A stretch of 64,000 bases of DNA from Nitrospirota bacterium (GCA_963710375.1 CAVPZX010000009.1:43865-107864), one strand, 5' to 3'; shown: positions 1 to 11,179, counted from the first letter of the stretch. Numbers and translations are program-made. The notes: generated by a model from the letters alone, not told the origin.

Positions 1-1
1 T

Positions 2-2068
2 CTTACCGGCAAAGTGAAGAATACCGGACTTGTCGAAGTGCCCATGGGCATTGCCCTCAGAGAGATCATCTATGATATCGGCGGCGGGACAGAAAATAAC
101 AAGAAAGTGAAGGCGGTCCAGACAGGCGGCCCATCGGGAGGCTGCATCCCTGCCGACATGCTGGACCTCACCGTGGATTACGAGTCACTCGCAAAGGTCG
201 GCTCTATTGTCGGTTCGGGCGGCATGGTTGTCCTCGATGAAGATAACTGCATGGTAGATGTGACAAAGTATTTCCTTAACTTTACCCGGAACGAGTCATG
301 TGGGAAATGCGTTCCCTGCAGGATCGGCACCAAACGTCTCCTGGAAATTCTCGACAGGATAACCAAGGGGCTCGGCAAAGAGGGTGACCTTGAGCTTATA
401 GAAAAACTGAGCAATGACATAAAAGCCACATCGCTTTGCGGACTTGGGCAGACCGCTCCCAATCCGGTACTGAGCACCCTTAAGTATTTCAGGCATGAGT
501 ATGAAGAGCACATAAAAAATAAAAGGTGTCCTTCGCTCGCCTGCAAGGAGATAGTATCGTCGTCCTGTCAGCATACCTGTCCGATAGGTACCGAGGCCTC
601 GGTTTACGCCGCCTTGATTGCTCAAGGGCGCTTTGAAGAGGCCATTCAAGTCATAAGAAAGGGGAACCCCCTGGCAAGTGTCTGCGGGCGGGTTTGCCAT
701 CATCCGTGCGAATCAAAGTGCAAGGCCGCTGAATCAGGTAAACCAATCGCTGTGAGGGCACTGAAGAGGTTTGCCGCGGATTATGCGCACGAAAAGGGCA
801 TTCAGGTGCAGTTCCCGAAGGAGGGAAGGAAGGAACAGAAGGTCGCTGTTGTGGGCTCCGGACCCGCAGGCTTGACCGCGGCTTATTTCCTTTCTCTAAA
901 AGGATATGATGTCACGGTCTTTGAGGCAAAACCCGTGGTGGGCGGAATGCTAAGAGTGGCGATACCCGAATACCGCCTGCCCCGCGAGGCCTTTGATATC
1001 GACGTCGATTTCATGGCGAACGCCGGGGTAAAATTCCAGACAGATACTGTACTGGGGAAGGACATTTCAATTGACAGCCTTTTCGAAGAGGGATATAAGG
1101 CCATATTTGTAGCTATCGGCTCACATAAATCGATGAAACTCGGAATACCGGGTGAAGATACTGAGGGTGTAATGCCTTCGCTGGCATTCCTCGAAGCTCT
1201 GCATCTTTGTAAAGAGTTGCATCCCGGCAAAAGGGTAGTGGTGGTTGGAGGCGGCAACTCGGCGGTAGATTCGGCCAGGGCCGCGTATCGTATGGAAGGC
1301 GTAGAGAAGGTCATCTTACTGTACAGAAGGACCCGCTCGGAGATGCCCGCATTTAAGGATGAAGTTGATGCTGCTCTGGAAGAGGGTATCGACATTCAAT
1401 TCCTGACTGCGCCAACCAGGATTATAAGCAAGAACGGCAAATTCAATGGCGTGAGCTGCATCCGCATGAAACTGGGAGATGCAGATAAGAGTGGGAGGGC
1501 AAGGCCAGTCCCAATTGAAGGTTCTGAGTTTACCATTGAAGCAGACACGCTCATTGCAGCAATCGGGGAAAAACCTGATACATCCTGCATTGATGAAACC
1601 TCGAAGATCGCGGTCTCCGCAAGAAGCACTCTGGTCGTTGATCCTGATACCCTTGCAACAGCCAGAGAAGGCGTCTTTGCCGGCGGCGATGCAGTGACTG
1701 GACCGAATACGGTTGTCTGGGCAATGCACGCCGGGAAAAAGGTGGCTGAATCGATCGACAGGTATCTCAGCGGAGAAACTTTGCCTATAAGGCATGAGTT
1801 AACAAGACCCTCCCGTTATATAGAACCTGTCGAGTTGACCGATGAGGAGATCATGGAGTTAGAGCGCCCTGAAATGCCGTCTCTTTCCCCGGAAGAGAGA
1901 AGGAAGAATTTCAAGGAAGTGGACTTGGGGTTTACGGAGGAGATGGCGGTTAAAGAAGCCCGTAGATGCCTCAGATGTGAATTGAGCACATTGGATGGCC
2001 AGAACGCTGTCCAGGAAATGAAACGGAAGAAAGTAAAACAGATGGAGAAGGAGTTAAAGGCATGCTGA
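2..2068 (+). CDS. NuoF/HydB-like NADH-binding subunit (C-terminal part) fused to a GltD/NfnB-like FAD/NADPH oxidoreductase; 5'-truncated by the window edge
   Basis: Frame open from position 2. NuoF motifs [24 protein letters not shown]. Then GltD motifs [33 protein letters not shown] and C-terminal EARRCLRC. Confidence 0.9.
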   Translation, partial: LTGKVKNTGLVEVPMGIALREIIYDIGGGTENNKKVKAVQTGGPSGGCIPADMLDLTVDYESLAKVGSIVGSGGMVVLDEDNCMVDVTKYFLNFTRNESCGKCVPCRIGTKRLLEILDRITKGLGKEGDLELIEKLSNDIKATSLCGLGQTAPNPVLSTLKYFRHEYEEHIKNKRCPSLACKEIVSSSCQHTCPIGTEASVYAALIAQGRFEEAIQVIRKGNPLASVCGRVCHHPCESKCKAAESGKPIAVRALKRFAADYAHEKGIQVQFPKEGRKEQKVAVVGSGPAGLTAAYFLSLKGYDVTVFEAKPVVGGMLRVAIPEYRLPREAFDIDVDFMANAGVKFQTDTVLGKDISIDSLFEEGYKAIFVAIGSHKSMKLGIPGEDTEGVMPSLAFLEALHLCKELHPGKRVVVVGGGNSAVDSARAAYRMEGVEKVILLYRRTRSEMPAFKDEVDAALEEGIDIQFLTAPTRIISKNGKFNGVSCIRMKLGDADKSGRARPVPIEGSEFTIEADTLIAAIGEKPDTSCIDETSKIAVSARSTLVVDPDTLATAREGVFAGGDAVTGPNTVVWAMHAGKKVAESIDRYLSGETLPIRHELTRPSRYIEPVELTDEEIMELERPEMPSLSPEERRKNFKEVDLGFTEEMAVKEARRCLRCELSTLDGQNAVQEMKRKKVKQMEKELKAC

Positions 2069-4729
2069 ACCTAACTATAAACGGCAAGAAAATAACTGCG
2101 AGCGAGGGATCAACGGTTCTTGATGCTGCAAAAGCGTCAGGGATTTCGATCCCAACACTCTGCCATCATCCCAAGCTCACACCATTCGGCGGCTGCAGGC
2201 TCTGCATCGTGGAGATAAAGGGGATTCCTCGCCCCGTCACCTCGTGCACCACACCGGTAAGCGAAGGGATGGAGGTAACGACCTCATCGCCCAAAATCGA
2301 AGATTTGCGCAAAACCGTGCTGGAACTTATCCTTTCCGACCACCCAGCTGATTGCATGATATGCGAACGCGCAGGCGACTGCACACTGCAGGAAATGGCG
2401 TATTCTTACGGCATCAAGGAAAACAGGTTCGCCGGGGAGAGAAGGGTTTACGCAAAAAAGGACGCCAATCCGTTTCTCGAAAGGGACATGGAGAAGTGCA
2501 TCATGTGCGGAAGATGTGTAAAGGTCTGCGACGAGGTGCAGGGCGTGGGAGCCATTGACTTTGCTTACAGGGGTTTTAAATCAAAAGTATGCCCGCCGTA
2601 TGAGAAGCAGCTTGATTGCGAATTCTGCGGTCAATGTGTATCTGTGTGCCCCACCGGGGCGCTTACCGGTAAGATGTGGTCTCAGAGAGGACGGCAGAAA
2701 GACGTAAAAGAAACTGATACGGTCTGCGCCTATTGCGGCACGGGTTGCAATATAACGCTTAATGTAAAGGACAATAAAGTCATACGGGTCACTTCAAAAC
2801 CGGATACATGGAATGAGGGCTGGCTGTGCGTAAAAGGGAGGTTCGGATACGGATTCATCAACAGCCCCGACCGCCTTACAAAACCTCTCATCAAGAGGGA
2901 TGGCAGGTTTGAAGAAGCCTCGTGGGAAGAGGCTTACGAATGCGCTGCAAAAAGGCTGAACAATATAAAAACAGCCCACGGTCCCGATGCGATCGGCGGA
3001 TTATCTTCAGCGCGTTGCACCAACGAAGAAAATTACGCCTTTCAAAAAATGATCAGGGCTGCGGTGGGAACGAATAATGTCGACCACTGCGCCCGTCTCT
3101 GACACGCGCCAACCGTGGCCAGTTTGGCCGCAATATTCGGTTCCGGCGCAATGACCAACTCCATTAAAGAAATAGAAAATATGGAGGTGATTTTCATTAT
3201 CGGCTCCAACACAAAGGAGACGCATCCGGTCATAGCAAATTGGATGATCAAGGCGTACAGAAAAGGGGCCAAAATAATAGTGGCTGATCCCCGTATGGTG
3301 CCGATGACCCGTTTTGCCGATACTGTGCTGAACCTGAAACCGGGCACGGATATCGCCCTGATCAGCGCAATTGCCCATGTCATCATTAAAGAAGGTCTTC
3401 ATGACAAAGCCTTTATTGAAGAGAAAGCTGAGGGCTTTGAAGAAATGAAGAGATCGGTCGAAAAATATACTCCCGAATATGCTGAAAAAATAACCGGCAT
3501 AAGCAAAGACGCTATCATAAGGGCAGCCCGTCTTTACGGCAGCTCACGGAAGGCCGCCATTTTCTACACAATGGGAATAACCCAGCATACCTGCGGCACT
3601 GAGAATGTCAACGCGGCTGCAAACCTGGCGATCCTCACAGGCAATATCGGGAGGGAATCTACCGGAGTGAACCCCCTAAGGGGACAAAATAATGTCCAGG
3701 GTGCATCAGATGCGGGTTGCCTGGCGAATGTTTACCCGGGATACCAAAAAGTGGACGCTCCTGAAACAAAGGCGAAGTTTGAGAAGGCATGGGGCGTGCC
3801 TCTCTCTCCGAAGCCGGGACTAACGGCAACAGAAATGATACCTGCAGCCCTTGAAGGAAAATTAAAGGCGATGTATATAATGGGAGAAAACCCGGTCATT
3901 ACCGACCCAAATACCCACCATACAGTAGATGCCCTGGATAAACTCGATTTTCTGGTCGTGCAGGACATCTTTTTGACCGAGACAGACTGCCCTGGCAGAT
4001 GTGGTATTCCCGTCAACCTGCTTTGCTGAAAAAGACGGCACATTCAGCAATACTGAAAGAAAGGTCCAGAGAGTGCGGAAGGCGGTTGAGCCGCCGGGTG
4101 AAGCGCGGGCCGACCTCTCCATAATCATGGAAATGTCAAAAAGGCTCGGGTATACAATGGACTATAAATCCCCTGAAGATGTCCTGATCGAGTTCGGACA
4201 GGTATGGCCAAACCTTGCAGGGATAACGTACCAGCGTATTGATAGGGAAGGCATTCAGTGGCCATGCCCTGACCGTAACCACCCGGGGACCCCTTATTTA
4301 TACAAGGCCGGGTTCCCTAAAGGGAAAGTACGTTTCTCTCTTGTGCCCTTCACAAACCCTGACGAGTCAACTGATAAGGAGTATCCTTTTGTACTGACCA
4401 CCGGAAGGAATCTGTACCAGTATCATTCCGGCTCTATGACCAGACGTGTGGCCCAGATCGAGGCTCACGCCGGCGAACCCTATGTGGAGATCAGCCCCAT
4501 AAACAGCAAGAATCTCCACATCAAAAACGGGGACATGTTGGTCGTTACGTCACGCCGCGGCAGCATCAGAATAAAAGCACGGGTTACGTCAATGGTGCAG
4601 GAAGACACGGTATTCATTCCCATGCATTACCACGAGGCAGCGGCAAATGTTATAACAAATGATGCCCTCGATGCCACCTGCAAAATACCTGAATTTAAGG
4701 TGTGTGCGGTGAAAATAGAAGCGGCTTAA
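2062..4729 (+). CDS. fdhA: Formate dehydrogenase alpha subunit (Mo/W-bis-PGD), selenocysteine at TGA 3100-3102; 1-nt frameshift near 3986
   Basis: NuoG-like N-terminal Fe-S domains and CAYCGTGC. The active site reads [14 protein letters not shown] through the [13 protein letters not shown] and C-terminal PEFKVCAV are present. Three track ORFs join into one protein. Confidence 0.93.
3100..3131 (+). promoter_or_regulatory. Sec codon plus bacterial SECIS hairpin
   Basis: TGA, then 12 nt, then stem GTGGCCA/TGGCCGC with a GTT loop. Same geometry as the fdhF-type SECIS. Confidence 0.85.
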
Positions 4730-4731
4730 TG

Positions 4732-4790
4732 CAGGCAAGAGGTTATGGGCAATAGGAAAAGACTTTTCTTTACTTATAGCCCATCGCCTG
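4732..4790. repeat. Inverted array of degenerate heptamer repeats (TAGGCAA-type)
   Basis: caggcaa-gaggtta-tgggcaa-taggaaa ... cttatag-cccatcg-cctg. Confidence 0.6.
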
Positions 4791-4806
4791 TTTTTTGGAG
4801 TATTTT

Positions 4807-5328
4807 ATGATTACTGGAAGACCCTTATTTACTACCGAGCAAATACATGAGAAGGTCGTTGAATTAGCCGGGGCAATATACCGCGACTATAAGGGGAAGG
4901 AAGTCCTCGCAGTCGGGATACTGAAAGGAGCGTTTATTTTTTTCGCAGATCTCATCAGGGCCCTGAACCTTCCTGTTACTGTAGATTTCATTGTCGCTTC
5001 GAGCTATTTTAAAAATGTTACCACAGGTGAAACTACCGTATATTATGAGCCCAGGGAGACTGTTCAGGGAAAGAACGTCCTGCTGATAGACGATATAATT
5101 GATACGGGGATCTCACTTAATTACATACGGGAGAAAATCTTGTCGCTGAGACCCGAGAGTCTCAAAATTTGCGTACTGCTCGATAAAAAAGAAAGACGCA
5201 TCACTAACGTGCCGGTGGATTATGTGGGATTTAATATTCCCAACCAGTTCGTTGTGGGGTACGGCCTCGACTATGAAAACAGATACAGAAACCTGCCTTA
5301 TATAGCCGCATTCAAAAAAGAAACTTAA
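4807..5328 (+). CDS. hpt: Hypoxanthine phosphoribosyltransferase
   Basis: GILKGAFIF, VLLIDDIIDTG, FVVGYGLDY..YRNLPYI. Confidence 0.95.
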   Translation: MITGRPLFTTEQIHEKVVELAGAIYRDYKGKEVLAVGILKGAFIFFADLIRALNLPVTVDFIVASSYFKNVTTGETTVYYEPRETVQGKNVLLIDDIIDTGISLNYIREKILSLRPESLKICVLLDKKERRITNVPVDYVGFNIPNQFVVGYGLDYENRYRNLPYIAAFKKET

Positions 5329-5332
5329 AATA

Positions 5333-5431
5333 CAGGTTCAGGCTAAGGTTAAGGTTAAGAAAAATTTAGGACACAAGCAAGAGAGCTATTCCCCTGGCCT
5401 CAACCTCAACCTTAACCTGAACCTTAGCCTG
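5333..5431. repeat. Inverted array of hexamer repeats (AGGTTR / YAACCT)
   Basis: aggttc-aggcta-aggtta-aggtta ... cctcaa-cctcaa-ccttaa-cctgaa-ccttag-cctg. Confidence 0.85.
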
Positions 5432-5450
5432 CCTTTTTTGGGAGGATTTT

Positions 5451-5822
5451 ATGTATGAATTGATGATAGAAACTGGTTTTGCCTCAGCGCATCAGCTTAG
5501 GGGATATAAAGGTAAATGTGAAAACCTGCATGGTCACAACTGGAAAGTCCAGGTATTTGTGACCACTGACCGCCTTAATGAAATCGACCTGGCTATCGAT
5601 TTTCACGAGCTGAAGCGGCTCACCAGCGAGCTGATTGCTCAAGTCGATCATACATGTCTGAATAATGTATTTCCCTTCACTGAAAGAAATCCATCTTCGG
5701 AAAATATCGCGCGGTGGGTATTCGAGTCGTTACGCAAAAGGCTGGCGGAATACAAGGTAAATGTGTCTGCGGTAACAGTGTGGGAATCTGAAACCGCGTC
5801 AGCAACATATTATGAAGAATAG
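5451..5822 (+). CDS. queD: 6-carboxy-5,6,7,8-tetrahydropterin synthase
   Basis: FASAHQL..CENLHGHNW, NPSSENIA, VWES; GGAGG RBS. Confidence 0.95.
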   Translation: MYELMIETGFASAHQLRGYKGKCENLHGHNWKVQVFVTTDRLNEIDLAIDFHELKRLTSELIAQVDHTCLNNVFPFTERNPSSENIARWVFESLRKRLAEYKVNVSAVTVWESETASATYYEE

Positions 5823-5911
5823 GCAATGGGCAATAGGCTATAGGAAAGAGGTCATGAAACAACAAAAATCTTTTTCTTTTCCTATAGCCTATAGCCTATC
5901 GCCTATTGCCT
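5820..5911. repeat. Inverted array of heptamer repeats (TAGGCWA)
   Basis: taggcaa-tgggcaa-taggcta-taggaaa ... cctatag-cctatag-cctatcg-cctattg-cct. The first unit supplies the queD stop codon. Confidence 0.85.
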
Positions 5912-5920
5912 GGTTTTGAT

Positions 5921-7255
5921 ATGGACCGGGCTTTCGCAGTAAAACTATTGGATATAGCCCTTGCACGGGGCGCTGATGAAGCCGAAGTATATATGAAAGC
6001 GTCAAAAAACCTCGGAATCGAGGTCAAAGGCCAAGAGATAGAGACGCTCGAATCCTCTATGACCGCAGGATACGGTGTCAGGGTAATCAAAAACAAACAG
6101 TTGGGGTTCTCTTATTCTACAGACCCCGCCGAAATGTCCAGTGTAGCGGATGCGGCGCTCTCTGTTGCCGGCTATGCAGAACCGGATGATAATCTTGGAT
6201 TAGCTTTGCCGTTGCAGGCCAGTGGTGTAGATATCTTCGACAGACGCATAGCCTCAATCACAGAGGATGAAGCTATAGAGCACACCATGCGCATTGAGAA
6301 AGCGGCCCTCGATGCTGACGGGCGAATTAAGAAGATCAGAAAGGCTGCAGGGGACTTCGGCACGAATGATACATATATTGTCAACTCAAAAGGCGTTGAT
6401 GCCTTCTACAGTGCTACCGGCTGCTCGGCACATATTACTGTAGTAGCCGAAGATGGCGCCGAAAGCCAGCTGGGCTACGACTACGAGGGGAGCAGATTTC
6501 TGGATGAGGCGTCATTTGGCCGGGTTGGGAGCAATGCAGCAAAAAAGGCACTCCAACTTCTCGGTGCAAAAAAAATCTCTCCCATAAAGGGATTCATTCT
6601 TCTCGATAGTTCGGTGGCCGTGGAATTCCTTGGCATATTAGCTTATGCGCTGTCGTCGGAATCCGTTCAAAAGGGCAAATCCATGCTCGCGGGAAAAAAA
6701 GAAGAGCAGGTGATGAGTCCGCTGCTGAATATAATTGATAATGGTCTGCTTGCCGGCAAGCTCGGCAGTAAGCCTTTCGATGGCGAGGGTGTGCCGACAA
6801 CCCGCAAGGCATTGATTGAAAAGGGCGTGCTGACGGGCTTTTTATATAATATCTATACGGCCCGTAAAGAGGGCGTCCAATCTACCGGCAACGCTGCAAG
6901 AGGCGGAGCCTTCGGGCTCCCCGGTGTCGGACCTACTAACCTTTATGTAGAGCCGTCATTACCGGAGCACGCGCAGGAATTCCAAAAGCTTCTGAAGTCC
7001 ATTGACAAAGGCCTTTACGTAATTGAGACCATGGGCATGCATACGGCAAATCCTGTATCTGGAGAATTCTCTGTCGGAATATCGGGGTTATGGATTGAAA
7101 ACGGAGTAGTGCGCTACCCCGTGAAAGAGGCGGCGATATCAGGGACCGTGCTGGAATTGTTCAGGCAAGCGGTTATGATTGGCGATGATTTAAGATTTTA
7201 TGGTAACATAGGTGCTTCAAGTATTCTGATTGAGTCAATAGATATAAGCTGTTGA
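5921..7255 (+). CDS. pmbA: TldD/PmbA family protein (PmbA/TldE type)
   Basis: GADEAEVY, PFDGEGVP, STGNAARG, NPVSGEFS. Confidence 0.9.
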   Translation: MDRAFAVKLLDIALARGADEAEVYMKASKNLGIEVKGQEIETLESSMTAGYGVRVIKNKQLGFSYSTDPAEMSSVADAALSVAGYAEPDDNLGLALPLQASGVDIFDRRIASITEDEAIEHTMRIEKAALDADGRIKKIRKAAGDFGTNDTYIVNSKGVDAFYSATGCSAHITVVAEDGAESQLGYDYEGSRFLDEASFGRVGSNAAKKALQLLGAKKISPIKGFILLDSSVAVEFLGILAYALSSESVQKGKSMLAGKKEEQVMSPLLNIIDNGLLAGKLGSKPFDGEGVPTTRKALIEKGVLTGFLYNIYTARKEGVQSTGNAARGGAFGLPGVGPTNLYVEPSLPEHAQEFQKLLKSIDKGLYVIETMGMHTANPVSGEFSVGISGLWIENGVVRYPVKEAAISGTVLELFRQAVMIGDDLRFYGNIGASSILIESIDISC

Positions 7256-7272
7256 AATACTGGAGGATGTTC

Positions 7273-8430
7273 ATGGATTATTTCTTAACAGAAGAACAGC
7301 AGATGGTACGTGATCTTGCGCGGCAGATTGCCGAAGAGAAAGTCGTACCGGTCAGAGCTGAACTTGATGAAAAAGGCGAGTATCCATGGGAGATTATTAA
7401 GGTCCTTGCCCAGTCGGATATGATCGGACTTTTTATACCCGAAGAATATGGCGGCCTTGGCAAGGGATGTTTAGAGCTTTGCCTGGTCGTTGAAGAACTC
7501 TCATGTGCCTGCGTCGGTGTTTCAACAACCTATGCGGCTAACGCCCTCGGAACTTTTCCTCTCATTCTCTTCGGGTCCGATGAGCAAAAGAAACAATACC
7601 TGCCCGATGTTGCAACAGGCAAAAGGCTGGTGGCCTTCGGCCTTACCGAGGCCAATGCCGGCAGCGATGCCAGTGGAATCCAGACTACCGCCAGGCTTGA
7701 CGGCAATGAATACGTCCTAAACGGCACCAAGCAATGGATTACGAACGGAGGCGAAGCAGAGATTTACACCATTATCGCGATTACCGATAGATCAAAAGGG
7801 GCAAGAGGGGCCTCTGCCTTTGTAGTTGAGAAAGGGACGCCAGGCTTCACCTTTGGGAAGAAGGAGAACAAGCTGGGCATCAGGGCATCTTCAACGAGAG
7901 AACTGATTTTCGACAACTGCAGGATTCCGAAAAAAAACCTTATCGCAAAAGAGGGGATGGGGTTTATTGTTGCGATGAAAACACTCGACCAATCAAGGAC
8001 CGGAGTCGGCGCACAGGGGGTTGGCGTGGCACAGGGCGCATTTGAAGAGGCGGTAAAGTTCGCCCGCCAGCGGCACCAGTTCGGACACCCAATAATAAGC
8101 TTCCAGGCGATCCAGCACATGCTGGCCGATATGGCGATGCAGATTGAAGCGGCGCGCTCGCTTGTGTATTCTGTTGCCAGATATGTCGATAGCGGCGCAA
8201 AAGACATATCAAAGGAATCTGCAATTGCTAAGACATTTGCTACTGATGTGGGGATGAAAGTTACCATAGATGCTATACAGGTCATGGGCGGGGCAGGATA
8301 CATGAAGGATTATCCGGTTGAGAAAATGATGCGTGATGCAAAGATACTCCAAATCTACGAGGGCACTAACCAGATACAGAGGAACGTTATCGGGCAGTCT
8401 CTGATCAAAGAAGCTGCAAAGAAATATTAA
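7273..8430 (+). CDS. Acyl-CoA dehydrogenase (butyryl-CoA type)
   Basis: AFGLTEANAGSDA, LNGTKQWITNG, RDAKILQIYEGTNQIQR. Confidence 0.95.
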   Translation: MDYFLTEEQQMVRDLARQIAEEKVVPVRAELDEKGEYPWEIIKVLAQSDMIGLFIPEEYGGLGKGCLELCLVVEELSCACVGVSTTYAANALGTFPLILFGSDEQKKQYLPDVATGKRLVAFGLTEANAGSDASGIQTTARLDGNEYVLNGTKQWITNGGEAEIYTIIAITDRSKGARGASAFVVEKGTPGFTFGKKENKLGIRASSTRELIFDNCRIPKKNLIAKEGMGFIVAMKTLDQSRTGVGAQGVGVAQGAFEEAVKFARQRHQFGHPIISFQAIQHMLADMAMQIEAARSLVYSVARYVDSGAKDISKESAIAKTFATDVGMKVTIDAIQVMGGAGYMKDYPVEKMMRDAKILQIYEGTNQIQRNVIGQSLIKEAAKKY

Positions 8431-8431
8431 C

Positions 8432-8488
8432 GGTTTCGTAAAAAGTCCATATGCTGCGTAACGCAGCATATGGACTTTTTACGAAACC
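8432..8488. repeat. Perfect 28-bp inverted repeat with a 1-nt spacer between convergent genes (bidirectional terminator or collapsed MITE)
   Basis: GGTTTCGTAAAAAGTCCATATGCTGCGT-A-ACGCAGCATATGGACTTTTTACGAAACC. Confidence 0.9.
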
Positions 8489-8895
8489 TATTTTTTTGCC
8501 GGTGTCTTTAGCCGTGCAAAATTATATTTTTTCAGAATTTTTCTGAAGTCCTTTCTGATCTCAACCCATACAGGATGAATAGGACAGGTTTTGCTGCGAC
8601 CGCAAAGCGTATGATCAAGGGCGCAGACGTTCACTGAAAGGTCATGCTCTATTGCCTCCACAACATCAAGCAGGCTTATCGCCTCGGGAGGCCTGCCAAG
8701 CTGAAAGCCTCCCTTAACACCGCGAAATGACTTAACGAGCGATGCACGGGCAAGTTTCTGTACAATTTTCGCCAGGAAGCTCTTCGGTATCTGCATTTCC
8801 CTCGCGATATCTTCGACCATGCTTATTTCTCCCTGTTTGCTCGAAAGGTACAGGATACACCTGATCGCGTAATCTGTTTCACGAGTGATTTCCAT
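8488..8895 (-). CDS. Rrf2 family transcriptional regulator with three Fe-S Cys ligands
   Basis: TDYAIR, SFRGVKGGFQL, C-x6-C-x5-C-PIH. Confidence 0.93.
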   Translation of the reverse strand: MEITRETDYAIRCILYLSSKQGEISMVEDIAREMQIPKSFLAKIVQKLARASLVKSFRGVKGGFQLGRPPEAISLLDVVEAIEHDLSVNVCALDHTLCGRSKTCPIHPVWVEIRKDFRKILKKYNFARLKTPAKK

Positions 8896-8929
8896 ATATC
8901 AGTTACCTATCCTTTTTTATACTTAGGGC

Positions 8930-9337
8930 TCATGAAATTCCCTTGCTGTTTAAAAAAGGTCCATATTTCTTGTCCATCCCCTTGATATGCAGCATCAGCC
9001 AATCCTTGAGAAAATTCATCACTTCAATCGTAAGAACGGCCTTACCGGAATGAAACTGACTCCTGAAGTCCATTACCTGTCTGGTCAAGTCGGCATGTTT
9101 TGCCTTTTGCTGCAGGTATTCAGGAAAACCGTGTGTCTTCATCAGGTTTTCTTCGGCTGAGAAATGAATACTGACATAATCGGCTAACCCATTCAGAATA
9201 TTTTCTATCACATCTTTGCCTTTGCCCGACTTCATAGCTTCGTGCAAATCATTTATCATACCTATAAGTTTTTTATGCTGGTCATCCATCTCCCTTACAT
9301 TAACGCTATATTCGTCCGACCATTGGATCAATGACAT
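8930..9337 (-). CDS. Bacteriohemerythrin
   Basis: WSDEYSV..MDDQHKKL, HFSAEE.LM, WLMLHIKGMD. Confidence 0.93.
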   Translation of the reverse strand: MSLIQWSDEYSVNVREMDDQHKKLIGMINDLHEAMKSGKGKDVIENILNGLADYVSIHFSAEENLMKTHGFPEYLQQKAKHADLTRQVMDFRSQFHSGKAVLTIEVMNFLKDWLMLHIKGMDKKYGPFLNSKGIS

Positions 9338-9407
9338 TTGACCATCCCCCTCATTATATTAGTTTCCGCTTTTTGTTCCCAATTATCAGCACGCTAAAAT
9401 CATCTCC

Positions 9408-9447
9408 ATCAGGACTAATATTATCCAGTTTCAAATAGATTTGTCAA
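9408..9447 (-). promoter_or_regulatory. Sigma70-type promoter of hemerythrin-rrf2 with an overlapping dyad operator
   Basis: Minus-strand TTGACA (9447-9442), a -10-like GATAAT, and the dyad ATCAGGA-N9-TCCAGTT. Confidence 0.55.
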
Positions 9448-9469
9448 CAACTTTAATACCGGTAAGGTC

Positions 9470-11168
9470 TCAAAACCTTCCAGAGCGGATGATGGAGATA
9501 ATAAGCCATATGCCCATGAAAAATGCAAAAGTAAACGCGGAAATGGCCAGAATGGAAAAACCGAAAATAGTCGGACCGACACCGGCTGTATGCATTATGG
9601 CAGAACTCAAAATCATGGCGCTCACTACCATCGCAAACGCAATGCGGTTGCTTGAGCGGTCAATATCTTTTGTGAATTCGGGCAGATTGACGTGATACAT
9701 TTTTACATGTATGTCGTCCTTCAGTATCTTCTTAATTATTTGCTTCATCTGCCGCGGCAACATAGATACAAAATCACTGAATTCCCATATATTCTCTTTA
9801 GCCGTTTTGTAAAATCTCGAGGGGCTTATCCTCTTCTGGATAAGTTTGTCGGCATAAGGCTCTGCAGCGGCAAAAAAATTGAACTTGGGATCAAGCTGCC
9901 TGCCTATACTTTCGAGTATGAGCATTGCTTTATCGATAAGGAGCAGCTTCTGAAGGCGCTCTTAAATTGTGTTTAATCGCCAGATGGGTGATCGTATCAA
10001 GATAGAGGGCAAAGTCCACTTCCTGCAAGGTGATGTCGTAAATCGGTTCCAGAAAATCGACGAGATCAGACTTGAATTCTCTCCTGAATATTTCGATATC
10101 TGTGTGTTCGGGAATTATGCCGAGTGCAATATACTGATCAATGATACCGTCGAAATCCTTTCTTATTAGGGCCAGGAAAGTACTGGCCATCGTATCCTTC
10201 ATCTCATTGGAAACCCTGCCTACGATGCCGAAATCTACAAACGCAATGGCGCCGGACGGCATTACAAGTATGTTGCCGGGATGGGGATCAGCATGGAAAA
10301 ATCCGTCTTCCAGTATCTGTTTAAAAAAGGCGTTGACCCCTATTTCGGCCAGATGGGCCCTGTCAACACCCATCCTTTCGATCTCAGCTATATTGTCGAT
10401 CCGTATGCCGTCTATCCATTCCATTACAAAGGCCTTTTCTGTCACATATTCGGCGTAAATTTTCGGTATATGTATGTTGGGGTCCTGTTCAAAATTTTTT
10501 TTGAACCTCGAACAGTTCCTTGCCTCCTCAACAAAATTCATCTCTTTCCTGATAGTCCGGGAAAATTCGTCTACAATACCGAGAGGATTGAAAAACCTGC
10601 TATCAGGTACATACCTGTCAAGCAGCCTGGCAATCGTAAAAAGAATGCTGATATCCGCTTCGATGCGTTCCCTGATTTCAGGACGCTGAACTTTCACGAT
10701 AACATCGGAGCCGTCGATCAGCGTGGCCCTGTGCACCTGGGCAATGGATGCGGCGGCAACAGGCTTTTCGTAAAACGCGCTGAAAGTATTTCCGAGCGGA
10801 CACCCGAACTCAGTCTCGATGATCCGTTTGGCCTCGTGTGCGGGAAAGGGGGGTACATCATCCTGCAATTTCTTAAGTTCATCGGCAAACTGGACAGTGA
10901 TCAAATCAGGCCTGGAAGAAAGGAGTTGTCCAAGCTTTATAAAGGTTGGGCCGAGATCGGCAAAGGCCATCCTTAAACGACCGGGAACATTCGGACTCTT
11001 CAAGGCAGGCCAGGCGCCGAAAGACCGCAGCCGTTTTTTGAAAGGGATATACCTGCCGAGGTGAATCTGTTCGATTATTTGGCCGAAACCGTATTTAAGA
11101 AATACGTTTATTATCTGCTGCAGCCTTCTTGCAGATTTATAGGTACGTGAAAACCTAGAAGTATCCAC
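9470..11168 (-). CDS. AarF/UbiB (ABC1) family atypical kinase; 1-nt frameshift near 9948
   Basis: LGPTFIKLGQ, AAASIAQVH, VKVQRP, FFHADPHPGN, DFGIVG. Removing 1 nt gives APSELLLIDKAMLILE, joining the two ORFs. Confidence 0.9.
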
Positions 11169-11179
11169 CTGAATAGCTG

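Noticed and set aside
5333..5911. Short tandem arrays as CRISPR repeats
   Set aside because: Units are 6-7 bp without unique spacers, and no cas genes are present.
7253..7255. Other TGA stops (pmbA, HAD nucleotidase, rhomboid) as Sec codons
   Set aside because: These proteins are full length at the stop, with no conserved Cys position or SECIS-like hairpin.
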